Shown: positions 53,686 through 63,775 of the stretch, piece after piece | Position numbering within the stretch: the stretch's first letter is position 1 | How the letters are laid out: every line of letters starts with the position of its first letter | From: a virus | DNA: 64,000 nucleotides | IMG/VR virus record: IMGVR_UViG_3300020202_000065 | Reading direction: 5' to 3' (one strand) | Program-made: the position numbers and the translations under genes | Notes under the pieces: generated by a model | The model's input: the letters and a program-made list of their open reading frames with translations, nothing else | Told to the model about the DNA's origin: nothing | The model's database searches: none

Positions 53686-54237
53686 TTAATCACGGATCGC
53701 GCGAATTGTCAGCTTGCCGGAGATCGTCAAGTCGCCAGGCGCGCCGTTCTTCAAAGCTGAAAGGTAGAGTCCGACAGCGGCGCCGGTAACCACGACAGCT
53801 TCAGGCAGGGACTCTGTTTCAAAAACATCCGCCTGCGAATTGAGGTAGATGAAATCCACGTTTTCAGAGTGCGAGCCATCAGCCAGAAGTTTCTCTATTA
53901 CAGCTGACCAAAAATCGTTACCGTCCAGCCATGGGCTGTCGGTGCGTGAAAGTACGCGTAGGTCTACGAGAAAGGATGAGGCACCCTCTACGGCCGGGAA
54001 CGGAACCGTACCCAGGCCCATGGCTTCATCCGTTTTACCGAAACTAAAATCGAACTGATAAAGCTGCTCGGTCAGCCACTTGCCGAGTTCTTCATTCCAG
54101 CGCCATAGAACCCCAGCGTCTGTCTCAAACCACAGCGTTCCGTCAACGGGACTGTCCGGCGGATCGTCCTGTGCAGCCACGCCGGATCCGCCGCCAGCAG
54201 TCCCCGCAGGGATGATTCCACAACCAGGCGTATGCAC
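53686..54237 (-). CDS. Virion structural/fibre-associated protein
   Basis: PPDSPVDGTLWFET motif. Confidence 0.6.
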   Translation of the reverse strand: MHTPGCGIIPAGTAGGGSGVAAQDDPPDSPVDGTLWFETDAGVLWRWNEELGKWLTEQLYQFDFSFGKTDEAMGLGTVPFPAVEGASSFLVDLRVLSRTDSPWLDGNDFWSAVIEKLLADGSHSENVDFIYLNSQADVFETESLPEAVVVTGAAVGLYLSALKNGAPGDLTISGKLTIRAIRD

Positions 54238-54248
54238 GGTTTCCCCCT

Positions 54249-54542
54249 TTACTCGGCCAAAGCCTGAATCTTGCCGGCGCCGCTCGCTGTCTTCGCAGAA
54301 AAGAAAGTACAGTTGCTCGGGATGCGGCAGGCTTCGCCAGGCTCCAGATAGCCCTTATTGCTTTCCTCGGTGTCATCAGCCGTGACGTCTGCTTTGTTCC
54401 AGCCGAAGTAAACTGCGACGCTTCCGCGGTTGATCAGAGAAGGCTGAGATCCCTTCGGGCCGCTGCGTGGCTGGCATTCGATGCGTCTGGCGGTTCCGTC
54501 CACGTCGAAGAAATCGCCGAGATCCAGTACGAACGTGTCCAT
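54249..54542 (-). CDS. Small virion structural protein
   Basis: SD GGAGG. Confidence 0.65.
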   Translation of the reverse strand: MDTFVLDLGDFFDVDGTARRIECQPRSGPKGSQPSLINRGSVAVYFGWNKADVTADDTEESNKGYLEPGEACRIPSNCTFFSAKTASGAGKIQALAE

Positions 54543-54568
54543 TGTTTCAATTCCTCCATCTAGCCCAA

Positions 54569-54601
54569 GGTGAGCCGGGATCAGATCAACCCCGGCTCAC
54601 C
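54569..54601 (-). terminator. 11-bp hairpin after the major tail gene (terminator or stabiliser)
   Basis: GGTGAGCCGGG/CCCGGCTCACC; no long T-run. Confidence 0.5.
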
Positions 54602-54619
54602 CTTAGAATGATTCACCGA

Positions 54620-55384
54620 CTAGCTGAAGATGAAGAGGCGTCCGTACGAACCTTCGCCCTTGACGGTGCACTCGCCGTCATCCGCCGAGGGGGCCTCGCG
54701 CGTGACACCCAGACGCACCTTGTCGACGTACACGACTTCGGTGATGGAGTTTCCACCATCGTCTTTGAAGTCCTGGCGCAGCGTGACTTCGCGGTTGTTG
54801 ATGCGCGCCAGGCCCGTGTAGTTGTTCGTGTAGAAGCCCGACAGCGACATCGTGCGATCGCCGCGGATGCGCTTGTTGTGGTCGAGATTGTACTTGTCGT
54901 AGATCGGCTTGATTTCCTTGCCGGGGTTGATCGTCAAACCCTGATCGAAGGCAATCACCTCGTCATTGGCCGAGTCCGGAAGGACGCAGATGTCGAAGCC
55001 GTCACCGAGGATACCGTTGCTGATCACAACGCTCGAGATGGTCTTGAACTTGATTCCATCCCGGTTCGGAACGACCTGGTACGACTGGCCTTCCGCGACC
55101 TGCGCCTTGATCACAGCATTTCCGACAAGCGCGGCATTGTCGCTGCCGGTGCCGGTGATGGTGATGCCGATGTCAGTCTCGGAGTTGATGTTCTGGTTGG
55201 CACGCACAACCAGATTCTCGCCCGAAGCAGGAAGCGAGTAATCAGCGTCGGGTGTGAACGTACCGGATCCCGGCGCCGAACACACAAACTTGCCGACGTC
55301 TTTGATAAGCCCCATGTTGTAGGAAATGACCGACTCGAGCTGGAGCTTCACAACCGCTGTCGAGTGGCCGTCTAGCGTAATCAT
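54620..55384 (-). CDS. Major tail protein-like
   Basis: Position after the neck genes; tube-like C-terminal half. Confidence 0.6.
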   Translation of the reverse strand: MITLDGHSTAVVKLQLESVISYNMGLIKDVGKFVCSAPGSGTFTPDADYSLPASGENLVVRANQNINSETDIGITITGTGSDNAALVGNAVIKAQVAEGQSYQVVPNRDGIKFKTISSVVISNGILGDGFDICVLPDSANDEVIAFDQGLTINPGKEIKPIYDKYNLDHNKRIRGDRTMSLSGFYTNNYTGLARINNREVTLRQDFKDDGGNSITEVVYVDKVRLGVTREAPSADDGECTVKGEGSYGRLFIFS

Positions 55385-55409
55385 TTCAAAAAACCTCCAA
55401 GGTTCGGGT

Positions 55410-55658
55410 TTAGGAAGGCAAGTTGCCCTGCGCGTTATTCTTCAGAATCACCATGCGGGCATTGCCGATTTTTGTGACCGACAGCATCAAGGGCTTCTTC
55501 ACGAGGGTGTCCACGACCTTCATGTCGATTCCGGGGATCGGCTTTCCGTCCGGATTCAGCAATGCATCAAGGTTGTTCAGGACCTGTACCTTCAGGACGT
55601 CGAGGTTGTAGTCGATGTCCTGGCATGCACCGCTGATCGCGTCCTGTCGCTTGTCCAC
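55410..55658 (-). CDS. Hypothetical protein
   Basis: SD AAGGAGG. Confidence 0.65.
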   Translation of the reverse strand: MDKRQDAISGACQDIDYNLDVLKVQVLNNLDALLNPDGKPIPGIDMKVVDTLVKKPLMLSVTKIGNARMVILKNNAQGNLPS

Positions 55659-55673
55659 AGAACCTCCTTCAAA

Positions 55674-56111
55674 TCAGGTCGGGAAGCTATTCAACTTAGA
55701 GATCGCTTCAGCAGACCCGCGTAAGAACTGATCCCATTCCGTTTCCGAAGCCACTGCCATCGATCCATTGGTCAACTCGTGGAGTTGTGATTCCAGCCAT
55801 CCCAGGTGTCCCGCGCGCCCGTTCTCGCGCGTGACGCTCAAGACTTTCGTCCGGTAGCTCATCGCTCCGGACGCGGGGGAGAGAAGGGCGATCGCTGCCA
55901 TGATGGCCAGCCGCGCCTTCGCATTGCCGGTTAGGTCTGGTGTGATTGTGCGCTCGCCGCTGTCTTCTGGACCTTCGGAGAATTCCCCGTTGGACAGCAG
56001 CAGAGCGGACTCGATTCCAAGGTCCAGCTGATCTTCCGAGTACATCGGAATCGCGCTGATGTCGCCGAGAAACGTGCGGGTGGGAGAGTAGAGGTCGCTG
56101 AAATGTGTCAC
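55674..56111 (-). CDS. Head-tail adaptor/connector
   Basis: Directly after the capsid gene; RTFLGD...YSEDQL. Confidence 0.7.
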   Translation of the reverse strand: MTHFSDLYSPTRTFLGDISAIPMYSEDQLDLGIESALLLSNGEFSEGPEDSGERTITPDLTGNAKARLAIMAAIALLSPASGAMSYRTKVLSVTRENGRAGHLGWLESQLHELTNGSMAVASETEWDQFLRGSAEAISKLNSFPT

Positions 56112-56153
56112 GTCTCAATCCTCCCACCCGCAATCCAGCCAGTTACGCCGCGA

Positions 56154-57299
56154 TTACCACTTCACCTTGCCGAAGCGGTACATCCACGGCTCGGGCAGCA
56201 CGAACGCGTGAACCTTCGACATGTTCATGCGGCCCTTGTTGTCCTCGCTTTCCTCCTTGCGGCCGGTCATCGCCATACCCGGCTTTTCGAAGTAGTAGCC
56301 GACGGGCTTGTTGCTGGCCGCGAGCGCATCGCCATGCGCGATCGTGTTACGGGTGATCGTCGCGAAGCTCTGTCCGAAGAGGCTGTCGAGCTTGCCGCTG
56401 CGCCAGATCTCCAGCTTGGCCGCGCCGGGGACCACATCCTTTCCATCCTGGATTGCGCCGGACAGGTTGTAGCCGGCCACGACTTCGGCGAAGTCCCAGA
56501 GGTCGCGCTGGTTCTTCGACGAGATGAACATCGTCTGAAGCTGCAGTGGCGCGCCGTCGAGTTCCACGTCCGAAGCGAACAGCAGGAAGTGCTCGAGCAG
56601 ACGCTTCATCTTCTCGAGCGTAATCTTGCCGTTGAAACCGGATCCGCCGACGCCGGTGAAGTCCAGGTAGTTCGTGTCTGGGATGTTCGCCGAGACGATT
56701 TCCTTGTGCAGGTTGAGCTTGCTGCGCAGGCCCGACGTGACGTAGTTTGCGTTCAGCAGGGTGCGGGCGATCTTGTCGATGCCGAGCGTGAACTCGTACG
56801 ACAGTTCGTTGGCCACACGGTCAGCCGCCGAAACGTTTCCGACCTGCAGGTCGATGAGCTGGTACTCAACCCACTCGGTCGCGAAGCGCTCCAGCAAGTG
56901 CTGCAGGTGCGTCCGGCGATCGACGAACTGGCGCTTGGGCTTGCCATTCGCCTCGCCGATGCTCGACACCCTGAACTTGCCGTCTCGCTGCATCGTTTCG
57001 ATGATCGGCCATTCGTCGTCAGCCAGGCTGACAAGCTGGAAGAACGCCAGGGCAAACATCTGCGCCAGAACGTCCTTGTTCACCGCGAACTTCACGGCAG
57101 CGGCGAACTCGTTTGAGTTCCACTTGTCCCGCAGCCACTGCGCGCGCTGTTCCTTCGTGACGCCGGCGCGAGCCTCGGCGTACTGCGTGAGTTCCTGCAC
57201 GAACTCCGAGATGCCCTTGCCGTAGCTCAGGCGGTCGGTGTTCTTGTAGAACTTTGTCGCGATCTCCTGCGCGACTTTGATTCCGGATTCCGTCAACAC
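56154..57299 (-). CDS. Major capsid protein
   Basis: 381 aa; position after the decoration and scaffold genes; SD AAGGAG. Confidence 0.85.
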   Translation of the reverse strand: MLTESGIKVAQEIATKFYKNTDRLSYGKGISEFVQELTQYAEARAGVTKEQRAQWLRDKWNSNEFAAAVKFAVNKDVLAQMFALAFFQLVSLADDEWPIIETMQRDGKFRVSSIGEANGKPKRQFVDRRTHLQHLLERFATEWVEYQLIDLQVGNVSAADRVANELSYEFTLGIDKIARTLLNANYVTSGLRSKLNLHKEIVSANIPDTNYLDFTGVGGSGFNGKITLEKMKRLLEHFLLFASDVELDGAPLQLQTMFISSKNQRDLWDFAEVVAGYNLSGAIQDGKDVVPGAAKLEIWRSGKLDSLFGQSFATITRNTIAHGDALAASNKPVGYYFEKPGMAMTGRKEESEDNKGRMNMSKVHAFVLPEPWMYRFGKVKW

Positions 57300-57372
57300 G
57301 GTTCTTTCTCCTTAAAACGGTTTTGAAAATGCTGGATGCAGATCAGCCGCTCAGTGCGGCCAATCAGAAGGT

Positions 57373-57912
57373 TTAGGCCTTCTTGCCCTGGCGGCGGATC
57401 TCGATGGCCACGCGCACATTGCTCGCGTCGGCAACCGGATCGACCTGGCGCTTGATCACGCCTTCGACGTAGTCACCGCTCTGAGCCACGCGGAAGCGGC
57501 CGCTCTGCAGAGACACCTCGGTCTCAGCAGCCGTGCTGGTGCTGATCGCACCCGTGCCGCTTGTAACCAGGTGGCCGAGCTGCGCTACGTTGTGCGCCTT
57601 GCTGGGCTGGCCTTCCACTTCGATCAGCGAGCCGTCGGGCAGCACGCCGAGCGTGACCTTCTGGCCAGTCTTCGCCGGCAGATCGGGATAGCCGAGCGTC
57701 ATCTTCTCGAACGTCGGACCGTCATCCGTGATCTGTTTCGTCAGGAAGCCGGCAGCCGGAGCTCCCGAGGAAGTCGCAGGCTTGCAGTGTTCCGCGCCCT
57801 CGCGCTGCATGAACATGCCCTTCTCAGCGGGAGACGTGAAACCCGTCGGGGTCAGTTCACCAACGTGAACCGGTTCCCCGTGAATGATCTGGAAATAGTC
57901 AGTGCCGAACAT
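57373..57912 (-). CDS. Capsid decoration protein
   Basis: Position between scaffold and capsid; beta-rich. Confidence 0.65.
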   Translation of the reverse strand: MFGTDYFQIIHGEPVHVGELTPTGFTSPAEKGMFMQREGAEHCKPATSSGAPAAGFLTKQITDDGPTFEKMTLGYPDLPAKTGQKVTLGVLPDGSLIEVEGQPSKAHNVAQLGHLVTSGTGAISTSTAAETEVSLQSGRFRVAQSGDYVEGVIKRQVDPVADASNVRVAIEIRRQGKKA

Positions 57913-57988
57913 GGATGGTTCTCTCCTAAAAGTGGTTGGAACGCTCTGTCGCCTGTTTCCTCAGGCGACCGGGGCCTTGCGCCTTCGA

Positions 57989-58570
57989 TTACATGAAGGC
58001 GTAGGCAGGTTTATCCGAAGCCTCGGACTGCGTGGTGTCCTTGCCGCTGATCGGCGGAATGGTCTTGCCGCTCGTGCCGCCGCCCTTGTTGGAAGCAGTG
58101 GCCTGCCCGGTTTTCTTGGACAGCGTGATCCATTCTTCCTTGCGTTCGGCGAAGTGCTTATCGCCCTCTTCGCCGACGGGAATCGCGGCGACGACGCTTT
58201 CAATCGTCCGGTCCTTTCCGAGAGCGAACTTCGGATCCAGCCCCGCGTCCGCAATTTCTTTCAGGCGGCTCGCGACGGTCTCCTGCTTCTTCTTTTCCGC
58301 AGCGGCCTTTTCCTCGACTTCCTTCAGCGCTGCTTCCTTGCCCTTCTTCTCGGCCTCGGCGACAGCGGTCTCGTGCGCGGCTTTCGGCACCAGATCGCCG
58401 TTCTTGATGCGCGCGGCAATCGTCGCTTCAACGTCGTCGCTCGCCTTGGCTTTCTGCGCTTCCTTCTCCACCTCGCTGGCATGGTCATTCCAGACCTTCG
58501 CCAGCTCGGGGTGCTTCGCTTCGAGAGCCTTCGCCTGCTCTCGCAGGAACTTGATGTACTTGTCCGGCAT
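57989..58570 (-). CDS. Scaffold protein
   Basis: Ala/Glu/Lys coiled coil between protease and capsid genes. Confidence 0.7.
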   Translation of the reverse strand: MPDKYIKFLREQAKALEAKHPELAKVWNDHASEVEKEAQKAKASDDVEATIAARIKNGDLVPKAAHETAVAEAEKKGKEAALKEVEEKAAAEKKKQETVASRLKEIADAGLDPKFALGKDRTIESVVAAIPVGEEGDKHFAERKEEWITLSKKTGQATASNKGGGTSGKTIPPISGKDTTQSEASDKPAYAFM

Positions 58571-58629
58571 GTGTTCTTTCCTCCCTTGAGAGCGGGGCTC
58601 ACGCCACCGGCTCCAACCCTAAGCAGTCT

Positions 58630-59715
58630 TCAGACTGCCCGATGCGATTTGAAATCTTCCGCCTCGACTTTTGGCGGGTGCACAACAATGCTGGCGGACT
58701 CGGATTTCGACGAACCGCCCAGTTCCACGAGATGAACGTGCTCAACCCAGCGCGAGGCGTCGTTGTAGTAGCCGCCGCTGCTGGTAAGGCCTTCTAAAAC
58801 TCCCTTCGCGGGATCAAAATTCACGGGCGTGAACCAGTGCATGTGCCCGTTTGCCGGCAGAATCTGAAGGTTCATCGTGATGTCGTGGGTGTGGCCGTCT
58901 TCAGCTGGCTGCGTCTTGCCAATGATGATGCTGGCCTTCGCATCAGTGACTGGCTTAACGGTCCTGTCGCTGGCAACAGCCTGGCGCCAATCATCCTGCG
59001 AGCGCCACCCGAAAGTGATCAGTTTGCTGCTGCGATCGGCGGCTGCGCTGGCGGCAACCTGGGTGACATCGGCATTCTTGTCGGCCGGCCACTTGGTCAG
59101 GGCGCCACCGGTGAAAAGCACGGTGCCGTCCTTGCCGCCCATAATGAGCGCCATGTCTTTGCCGTTCCATTTTTCAACGGTGTGCGGCTTGACAATCTCT
59201 TTCATTTCGCTCGAGCATTCATTCCATTCGTGGAACGTCTTTCCATCCCAAAGAGCGCTGTCAGCCGTCGGCCACTCGCACTCCATGGAAACCTGCCACG
59301 GATTTTCTTCCGAGGCCATTTCTTCGAGCGCGTCTTCGACGCCGGCGGCTTTGCGCCACAGCGCGAAGAGGATCTTCATCGGAACTTTTTCGCCGGCCTC
59401 GGCCCGCTCGATCGCATCTTTCTTTTTCGGGAACTCGGCAGCGGCAATTGCGCCGCAGATGGCGTCCTTCTCAGCGCCGTAAAACTCAAGCGCGTGCTCG
59501 AAGTCGAACATCTGCATAACGGCACTGCTGAAAGAATTGGCCAGTGTGGCCGCTGTGAATCCGCGCTTCTTCGAATTGAGCACGGGCAGAGGGTGGCACA
59601 AGCTGGCCACTACGTAAGCAAGCTTGCGGTTCGGCTTCCATACCCGATCCGCAAACTCGATGCTTTTCTCCACGACTGTCGCGTTAGCCTGCTGGTAAAC
59701 GCCCCATTCTTTCAT
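58630..59715 (-). CDS. Prohead maturation protease with a His-rich C-terminus
   Basis: FDFEH, WQVSMEC, FTGGALT.WPA; start MKEWG at 59715 behind AGGAG. Confidence 0.65.
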   Translation of the reverse strand: MKEWGVYQQANATVVEKSIEFADRVWKPNRKLAYVVASLCHPLPVLNSKKRGFTAATLANSFSSAVMQMFDFEHALEFYGAEKDAICGAIAAAEFPKKKDAIERAEAGEKVPMKILFALWRKAAGVEDALEEMASEENPWQVSMECEWPTADSALWDGKTFHEWNECSSEMKEIVKPHTVEKWNGKDMALIMGGKDGTVLFTGGALTKWPADKNADVTQVAASAAADRSSKLITFGWRSQDDWRQAVASDRTVKPVTDAKASIIIGKTQPAEDGHTHDITMNLQILPANGHMHWFTPVNFDPAKGVLEGLTSSGGYYNDASRWVEHVHLVELGGSSKSESASIVVHPPKVEAEDFKSHRAV

Positions 59716-59716
59716 T

Positions 59717-61270
59717 TCAACTCTCCTGTTGCTCATCGGCCTTTTCAGACCGTGATGGCTTCGGCCGCTTGCTCGGCGCCGGCGTGGGTTTGCCGTCCGA
59801 CGGCCGCCCGCCGGGGTCTTCCTGGAGAAGTCCCTGGCTCGGTTCAAAAGTTGGAACCCAGAAATCTTTGCTCTTGGCGTCTTCTTCCTTGCGCGCCTTG
59901 ACCTGTTCAAAGTTCAGGCCGACGCGCTCGATGAAGGTCTGGTTGTCGATGAGGCCGCGGTCCCAGCCTGACTCGAGTTCGTCCAGGACCTGCTTGGGAT
60001 CCTTGAGGTTCTGCTCATCCCAGGAGACCTGGGCTTTGCTTCCCTTCGGAATCTTCAGCGCACCTGAAACACTGGGATGAAGCAGGAAGGCAGAGAACAT
60101 CTCGCCGATGGTCTGGCGCGTGCGCTTGCCCTGGGCGATGAAACGCCGCGCGCCGAGATGGCCTTGGCTGAAGCCTTCGCCTTTGCCGGTCATCAGCACG
60201 TCAATGACGCCGCCCCAGCGAAGTATTCGCTCCTCGACCTTTTCGTACTTCTGCGGATCAAAGACCTTCGGATCCGGGAATTTGTATTCAATATCGACCG
60301 TGTGATCGGTGAAGATGCGCAGAGCATCGCCGATCTGTTTGAACTGCTCTCGAAGTTTGTCGATATCTTCCTTCTTCGGATAGAGTTGCTTCAGGTTGCC
60401 GTGATGACCAGCAGGCGCTTTCTCGCCGGCCTTCACCTGTTCAATAATGCGGCGGATGAAATAGGCGACAGCCCAGTCGCCGCCGATCAGCAATTGCCGC
60501 AGAAGGATGTCATCGAAGATTGAGAACATCGACGGCTTGGCCAGACCGCCGAAGCGCCGCGCGCGCGTGCGGACGATCCAATACTCGCCGTGCTCATTCT
60601 TGAGTTCGACGTAGCGCTTACCGGTTCGGACGGCATCGATGTATTTTTGTGGAAAGGTCTCTTTTAACTCGGCAAGTTTCTTCTTGTCAGCGAGCGCTGC
60701 ATAGATGAGAGCGATTGTTTCTTTTTCGAGTTCGACCGAGAGCGTTTCGACGCCAAGACTGTTTTTATAATCGACCCGTGCCGGACTCAGCGTCATGACA
60801 TAATCGATTTTTCCGCCGTCGACCTTCCAATGGAGAATCGCGTTATCCGTAGCGCTGATATCGAAGACGAGTTCTTCGGCAATTTTGCTCAACTCGTGAG
60901 ACGCGATCGCCTCATCAATGCGTTCTTCCATCGCCGCCTTGTTCTGTTTGTTCGGCGGTTTGATTTCGATGGAGAAGCCAGCGGCATAAAAATCGATCTT
61001 GGTCTCAATGAGAGACTGGATGAGGTCGGACTCGCCGCGTGCGTAATCGATCGCCTGCTGGAGCTGCGCTGAAAGCGAGCCAGGCATCATCGAACGCAGA
61101 AGTTCTTTGAGCGAACCTTTTGTTGTCTTGAGAAGTAAATTGAGGGCGGAACCGATTTCGAATTGAAAGTCGGCTTTTGTGCTGCTCTTTTCTTTCGTCG
61201 TTACGGCTGACTTTTGTGCTGCACTGCGAGACTTCCTGAGCAAACCCGAAACTTTCTGTTTTGGGTCCAC
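59717..61270 (-). CDS. Portal protein
   Basis: 517 aa after the terminase; IDFYAAGF, WDRGLID..TF.ER.G. Confidence 0.85.
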   Translation of the reverse strand: MDPKQKVSGLLRKSRSAAQKSAVTTKEKSSTKADFQFEIGSALNLLLKTTKGSLKELLRSMMPGSLSAQLQQAIDYARGESDLIQSLIETKIDFYAAGFSIEIKPPNKQNKAAMEERIDEAIASHELSKIAEELVFDISATDNAILHWKVDGGKIDYVMTLSPARVDYKNSLGVETLSVELEKETIALIYAALADKKKLAELKETFPQKYIDAVRTGKRYVELKNEHGEYWIVRTRARRFGGLAKPSMFSIFDDILLRQLLIGGDWAVAYFIRRIIEQVKAGEKAPAGHHGNLKQLYPKKEDIDKLREQFKQIGDALRIFTDHTVDIEYKFPDPKVFDPQKYEKVEERILRWGGVIDVLMTGKGEGFSQGHLGARRFIAQGKRTRQTIGEMFSAFLLHPSVSGALKIPKGSKAQVSWDEQNLKDPKQVLDELESGWDRGLIDNQTFIERVGLNFEQVKARKEEDAKSKDFWVPTFEPSQGLLQEDPGGRPSDGKPTPAPSKRPKPSRSEKADEQQES

Positions 61271-61321
61271 TCCCCCTTGTTCGGATGTAGCGATTACTCC
61301 TTATTGGCGCAAATGTCAAGC

Positions 61322-62194
61322 CTAAACTTCATCGGAGGAAAGGTAGATGCCTTCATTCGGCGTGATATTGCGGTTAAAGAATTCGTGCTCCTGGCGCAGT
61401 ATCCATAGTGCAAAGAAGGCGTAGACCACGGCGTAAGCACTGTCTTTCTTCTGCGACGAGACGAATTCGTAAAATCCAAATTTATCCTGATATGGCGTCG
61501 TCATGTCCGGGTTCATCTTGCGATCGACCTGGATCAACTGAGCCAGTGCCAAGTCGATCTCAGCGCTGGCGCGGTCTCGCGGCTTGAGGTTTCCCTGTTC
61601 GTTCAGGTAGTCGCGCATTTCATTAGCATCTGAAAAGTTTACTTTCGACCAGCCTGGCCAGCGCGCTGGAAACGCAATTCGTTGCGGTGAGGATTCTAGA
61701 ACTCCACGGAAGAGTTCATGCATTTTGTTCGGAAGCATGCTCTCTGCATTGAAGATCAATCCTACGCCTGGGCACATTGGATCATTCGGCTTACCTACGA
61801 TCCGGCTGTCGCTGCGGCCGAAGAGAACAAGACGATCATCGCCAACGCCGGCCATCTGTTCATCATCGCGCGTGATCAGTGGAGTCACTCTGAATTTTTC
61901 TCTGCCGGTGTCCTGCATCGGATTGCGCAGTTTGTCTCGCACGAACAGTCCGCCGCCATTGGGATCCATCAGCAGCAAGTCGTAGTTAAACTTCTGATGC
62001 TTCTGGTGAATGACGGCCGACATCTGGTCATCGGTGAGTCCGCTATAGCGTTCCAGGTTGACCAGTTCTGCCGTGCCCTCTGGCATTCCGCGCATCGTTG
62101 CGATCGCAAAGTCGTCACTCGCGGTGCGGTCCTTCCCTGTCTTTGTGCGGCCCACACCGCCGGCGGCGGGGTCAATTCCAGCGACGTACCACAT
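61322..62194 (-). CDS. terL: Large terminase nuclease domain (separate gene)
   Basis: YVAGIDPA, DDFA, KKDSAYA (RNase H-like fold). Confidence 0.85.
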   Translation of the reverse strand: MWYVAGIDPAAGGVGRTKTGKDRTASDDFAIATMRGMPEGTAELVNLERYSGLTDDQMSAVIHQKHQKFNYDLLLMDPNGGGLFVRDKLRNPMQDTGREKFRVTPLITRDDEQMAGVGDDRLVLFGRSDSRIVGKPNDPMCPGVGLIFNAESMLPNKMHELFRGVLESSPQRIAFPARWPGWSKVNFSDANEMRDYLNEQGNLKPRDRASAEIDLALAQLIQVDRKMNPDMTTPYQDKFGFYEFVSSQKKDSAYAVVYAFFALWILRQEHEFFNRNITPNEGIYLSSDEV

Positions 62195-63069
62195 TAGACT
62201 CTCTCCAGAAGAATGGGGCAGGGATGCTCACGCGCTGATTCAACATCGGCGTAGCTGTAATACCCCTGCGAATCCTTCACCCAGATGCCCATGATTTCCT
62301 GCTGCACCAGATCGCGCGGCAGCGATTCTTCGAGATCCTTGATCACGTCCATTTCAAGCAGGTGACGGTACCGCTCGGGCACATGAGTATAGTTCCAGGA
62401 CTGAACCTCATGCTTAAGTGAACCGTTCTTCACTTTCTCCTGGTACGACTTCACTTTGTTGTATGAGGCGTGCCACTGGTACTTTGCTGTCGCGCCCATG
62501 TAAATGTGACGATCGAAGACAGGATCTTTATGGTTGTAGTTTTTGCTCACCGGCTTGCGGATACGTGTCATGAATTGCCGCAGGAACGCATTGAAGTTCG
62601 GATACTTCGTCCACTCGTCGAAATAGCCATCATTCCAGTCTTCTGATCCAGCGCGCTCGGCGCCGCGTCTGAAATCTGGCGGGATAGTTCGGATGCGGCT
62701 GCCGTTTCGAAACGGCATCTGCCATGCGTTGCTGCCGTGCAGGGAGCGCGGCTGACCTGACGCATCCTTCTCGACTTCGTTGCGGAAGATTGCCGACGTC
62801 GCGAGCCACTTGTCGAAATATTGATAGACTTCCTGCGACTGCGCGAAGGTTGCGCTTAAGATTCCTTCTGTCCGTTCTTCCATCAGCATCGCACGCAGCG
62901 CGCTGCACAGTGCGATCGACAGCGATTTCGCGGTACCGTATCCCGATGAATCGATAAAGAATTTACTGGTCCACATTCCCCAGATACGGAGTTCCATGTG
63001 CGGCGGGATTTCGTAGTTCAGCAGCACCTTTGCTCCGAGGATGGGATCGTGAAGACAGTCATCGATCAT
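62194..63069 (-). CDS. terL: Large terminase ATPase domain (separate gene)
   Basis: SSGYGTAKS Walker A, ATFAQS, GYFDEW Walker B; alternative start at 63093. Confidence 0.85.
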   Translation of the reverse strand: MIDDCLHDPILGAKVLLNYEIPPHMELRIWGMWTSKFFIDSSGYGTAKSLSIALCSALRAMLMEERTEGILSATFAQSQEVYQYFDKWLATSAIFRNEVEKDASGQPRSLHGSNAWQMPFRNGSRIRTIPPDFRRGAERAGSEDWNDGYFDEWTKYPNFNAFLRQFMTRIRKPVSKNYNHKDPVFDRHIYMGATAKYQWHASYNKVKSYQEKVKNGSLKHEVQSWNYTHVPERYRHLLEMDVIKDLEESLPRDLVQQEIMGIWVKDSQGYYSYADVESAREHPCPILLERV

Positions 63070-63085
63070 GCATGCGGTAAGCCAT

Positions 63086-63775
63086 CTAGACATCGCTATC
63101 GTCCTCGTCGACCTTGCCGTCCTGATGATCCTTGATCGCATCGTCTCTCACGCTGTCCGGAAGAGCGGCTGATTGATACTTCTCCGGGTTCAAACCTACA
63201 GAACGCGCCAGATCCAAAGCTTCTGCTGTGGGCCTTCCAATCCCTTGGCCCGATGCCTTACGCGCTTCGATTTCTTTGATGTAGCGGATGTGTACGCTGC
63301 TCAGTGTTTCCTCTGAGGTTGAATCGCGAAGTGCCGAATCTTTCGGCAGGTATCCGATGGCCTCGAGCGCGGCGGTGTGGCGAGCCAGCAAACCAGAGCG
63401 AACCTTATCCATCCGCAGAAGCCACTGCGTTTCTTCTTCAGAAAGCTTTTTCGAGCCCCACGTGCGGCGCTGTGTGGCCACAGATGCGTCGTGCCGTTCC
63501 ATCTCGACGGCCGTCAGAATAATTTCCTGAACATAAACCTTCGCGCCTGGGCTCTTCTTTAAAATCTTCAAATACTGTTTCTGCTGCTCAGTGATGTACT
63601 GCTTTTCGTGAGCCTTGAAGCTCGTAGCTGGCTGACCGAGTAGATAGGTCTCTGAATCGTCTTCTGGCGCCGGCGGTATCGGCAGTGGAGTTTCTGCTTC
63701 AGGCTCTGCCTTTGGCCGGCCACGGCCGGGCTTTTTCGGAACCGCTGCAAACGGATTTTCGTCGGCCTTGCTCAT
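63086..63775 (-). CDS. Probable small terminase subunit
   Basis: Position upstream of terL; helical; SD AAAGGA. Confidence 0.5.
   Translation of the reverse strand: MSKADENPFAAVPKKPGRGRPKAEPEAETPLPIPPAPEDDSETYLLGQPATSFKAHEKQYITEQQKQYLKILKKSPGAKVYVQEIILTAVEMERHDASVATQRRTWGSKKLSEEETQWLLRMDKVRSGLLARHTAALEAIGYLPKDSALRDSTSEETLSSVHIRYIKEIEARKASGQGIGRPTAEALDLARSVGLNPEKYQSAALPDSVRDDAIKDHQDGKVDEDDSDV

Noticed and set aside
58837-59901. Long antisense ORFs such as 58837-59901, 56103-57116, 54467-55375, 17588-18499 and 21503-22345
   Set aside because: Shadow frames of well-supported genes in GC-rich DNA
61290-61320. TTGACA upstream of the portal gene as a sigma70 late promoter
   Set aside because: The best -10 (AGTAAT) is only 15 bp away; too weak to call
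63060-63093. CATGCATG near the terL start suggesting a 4-bp duplication or pseudogene
   Set aside because: In-frame ATGs at 63069 and 63093 give an intact ATPase; cannot be judged without reads
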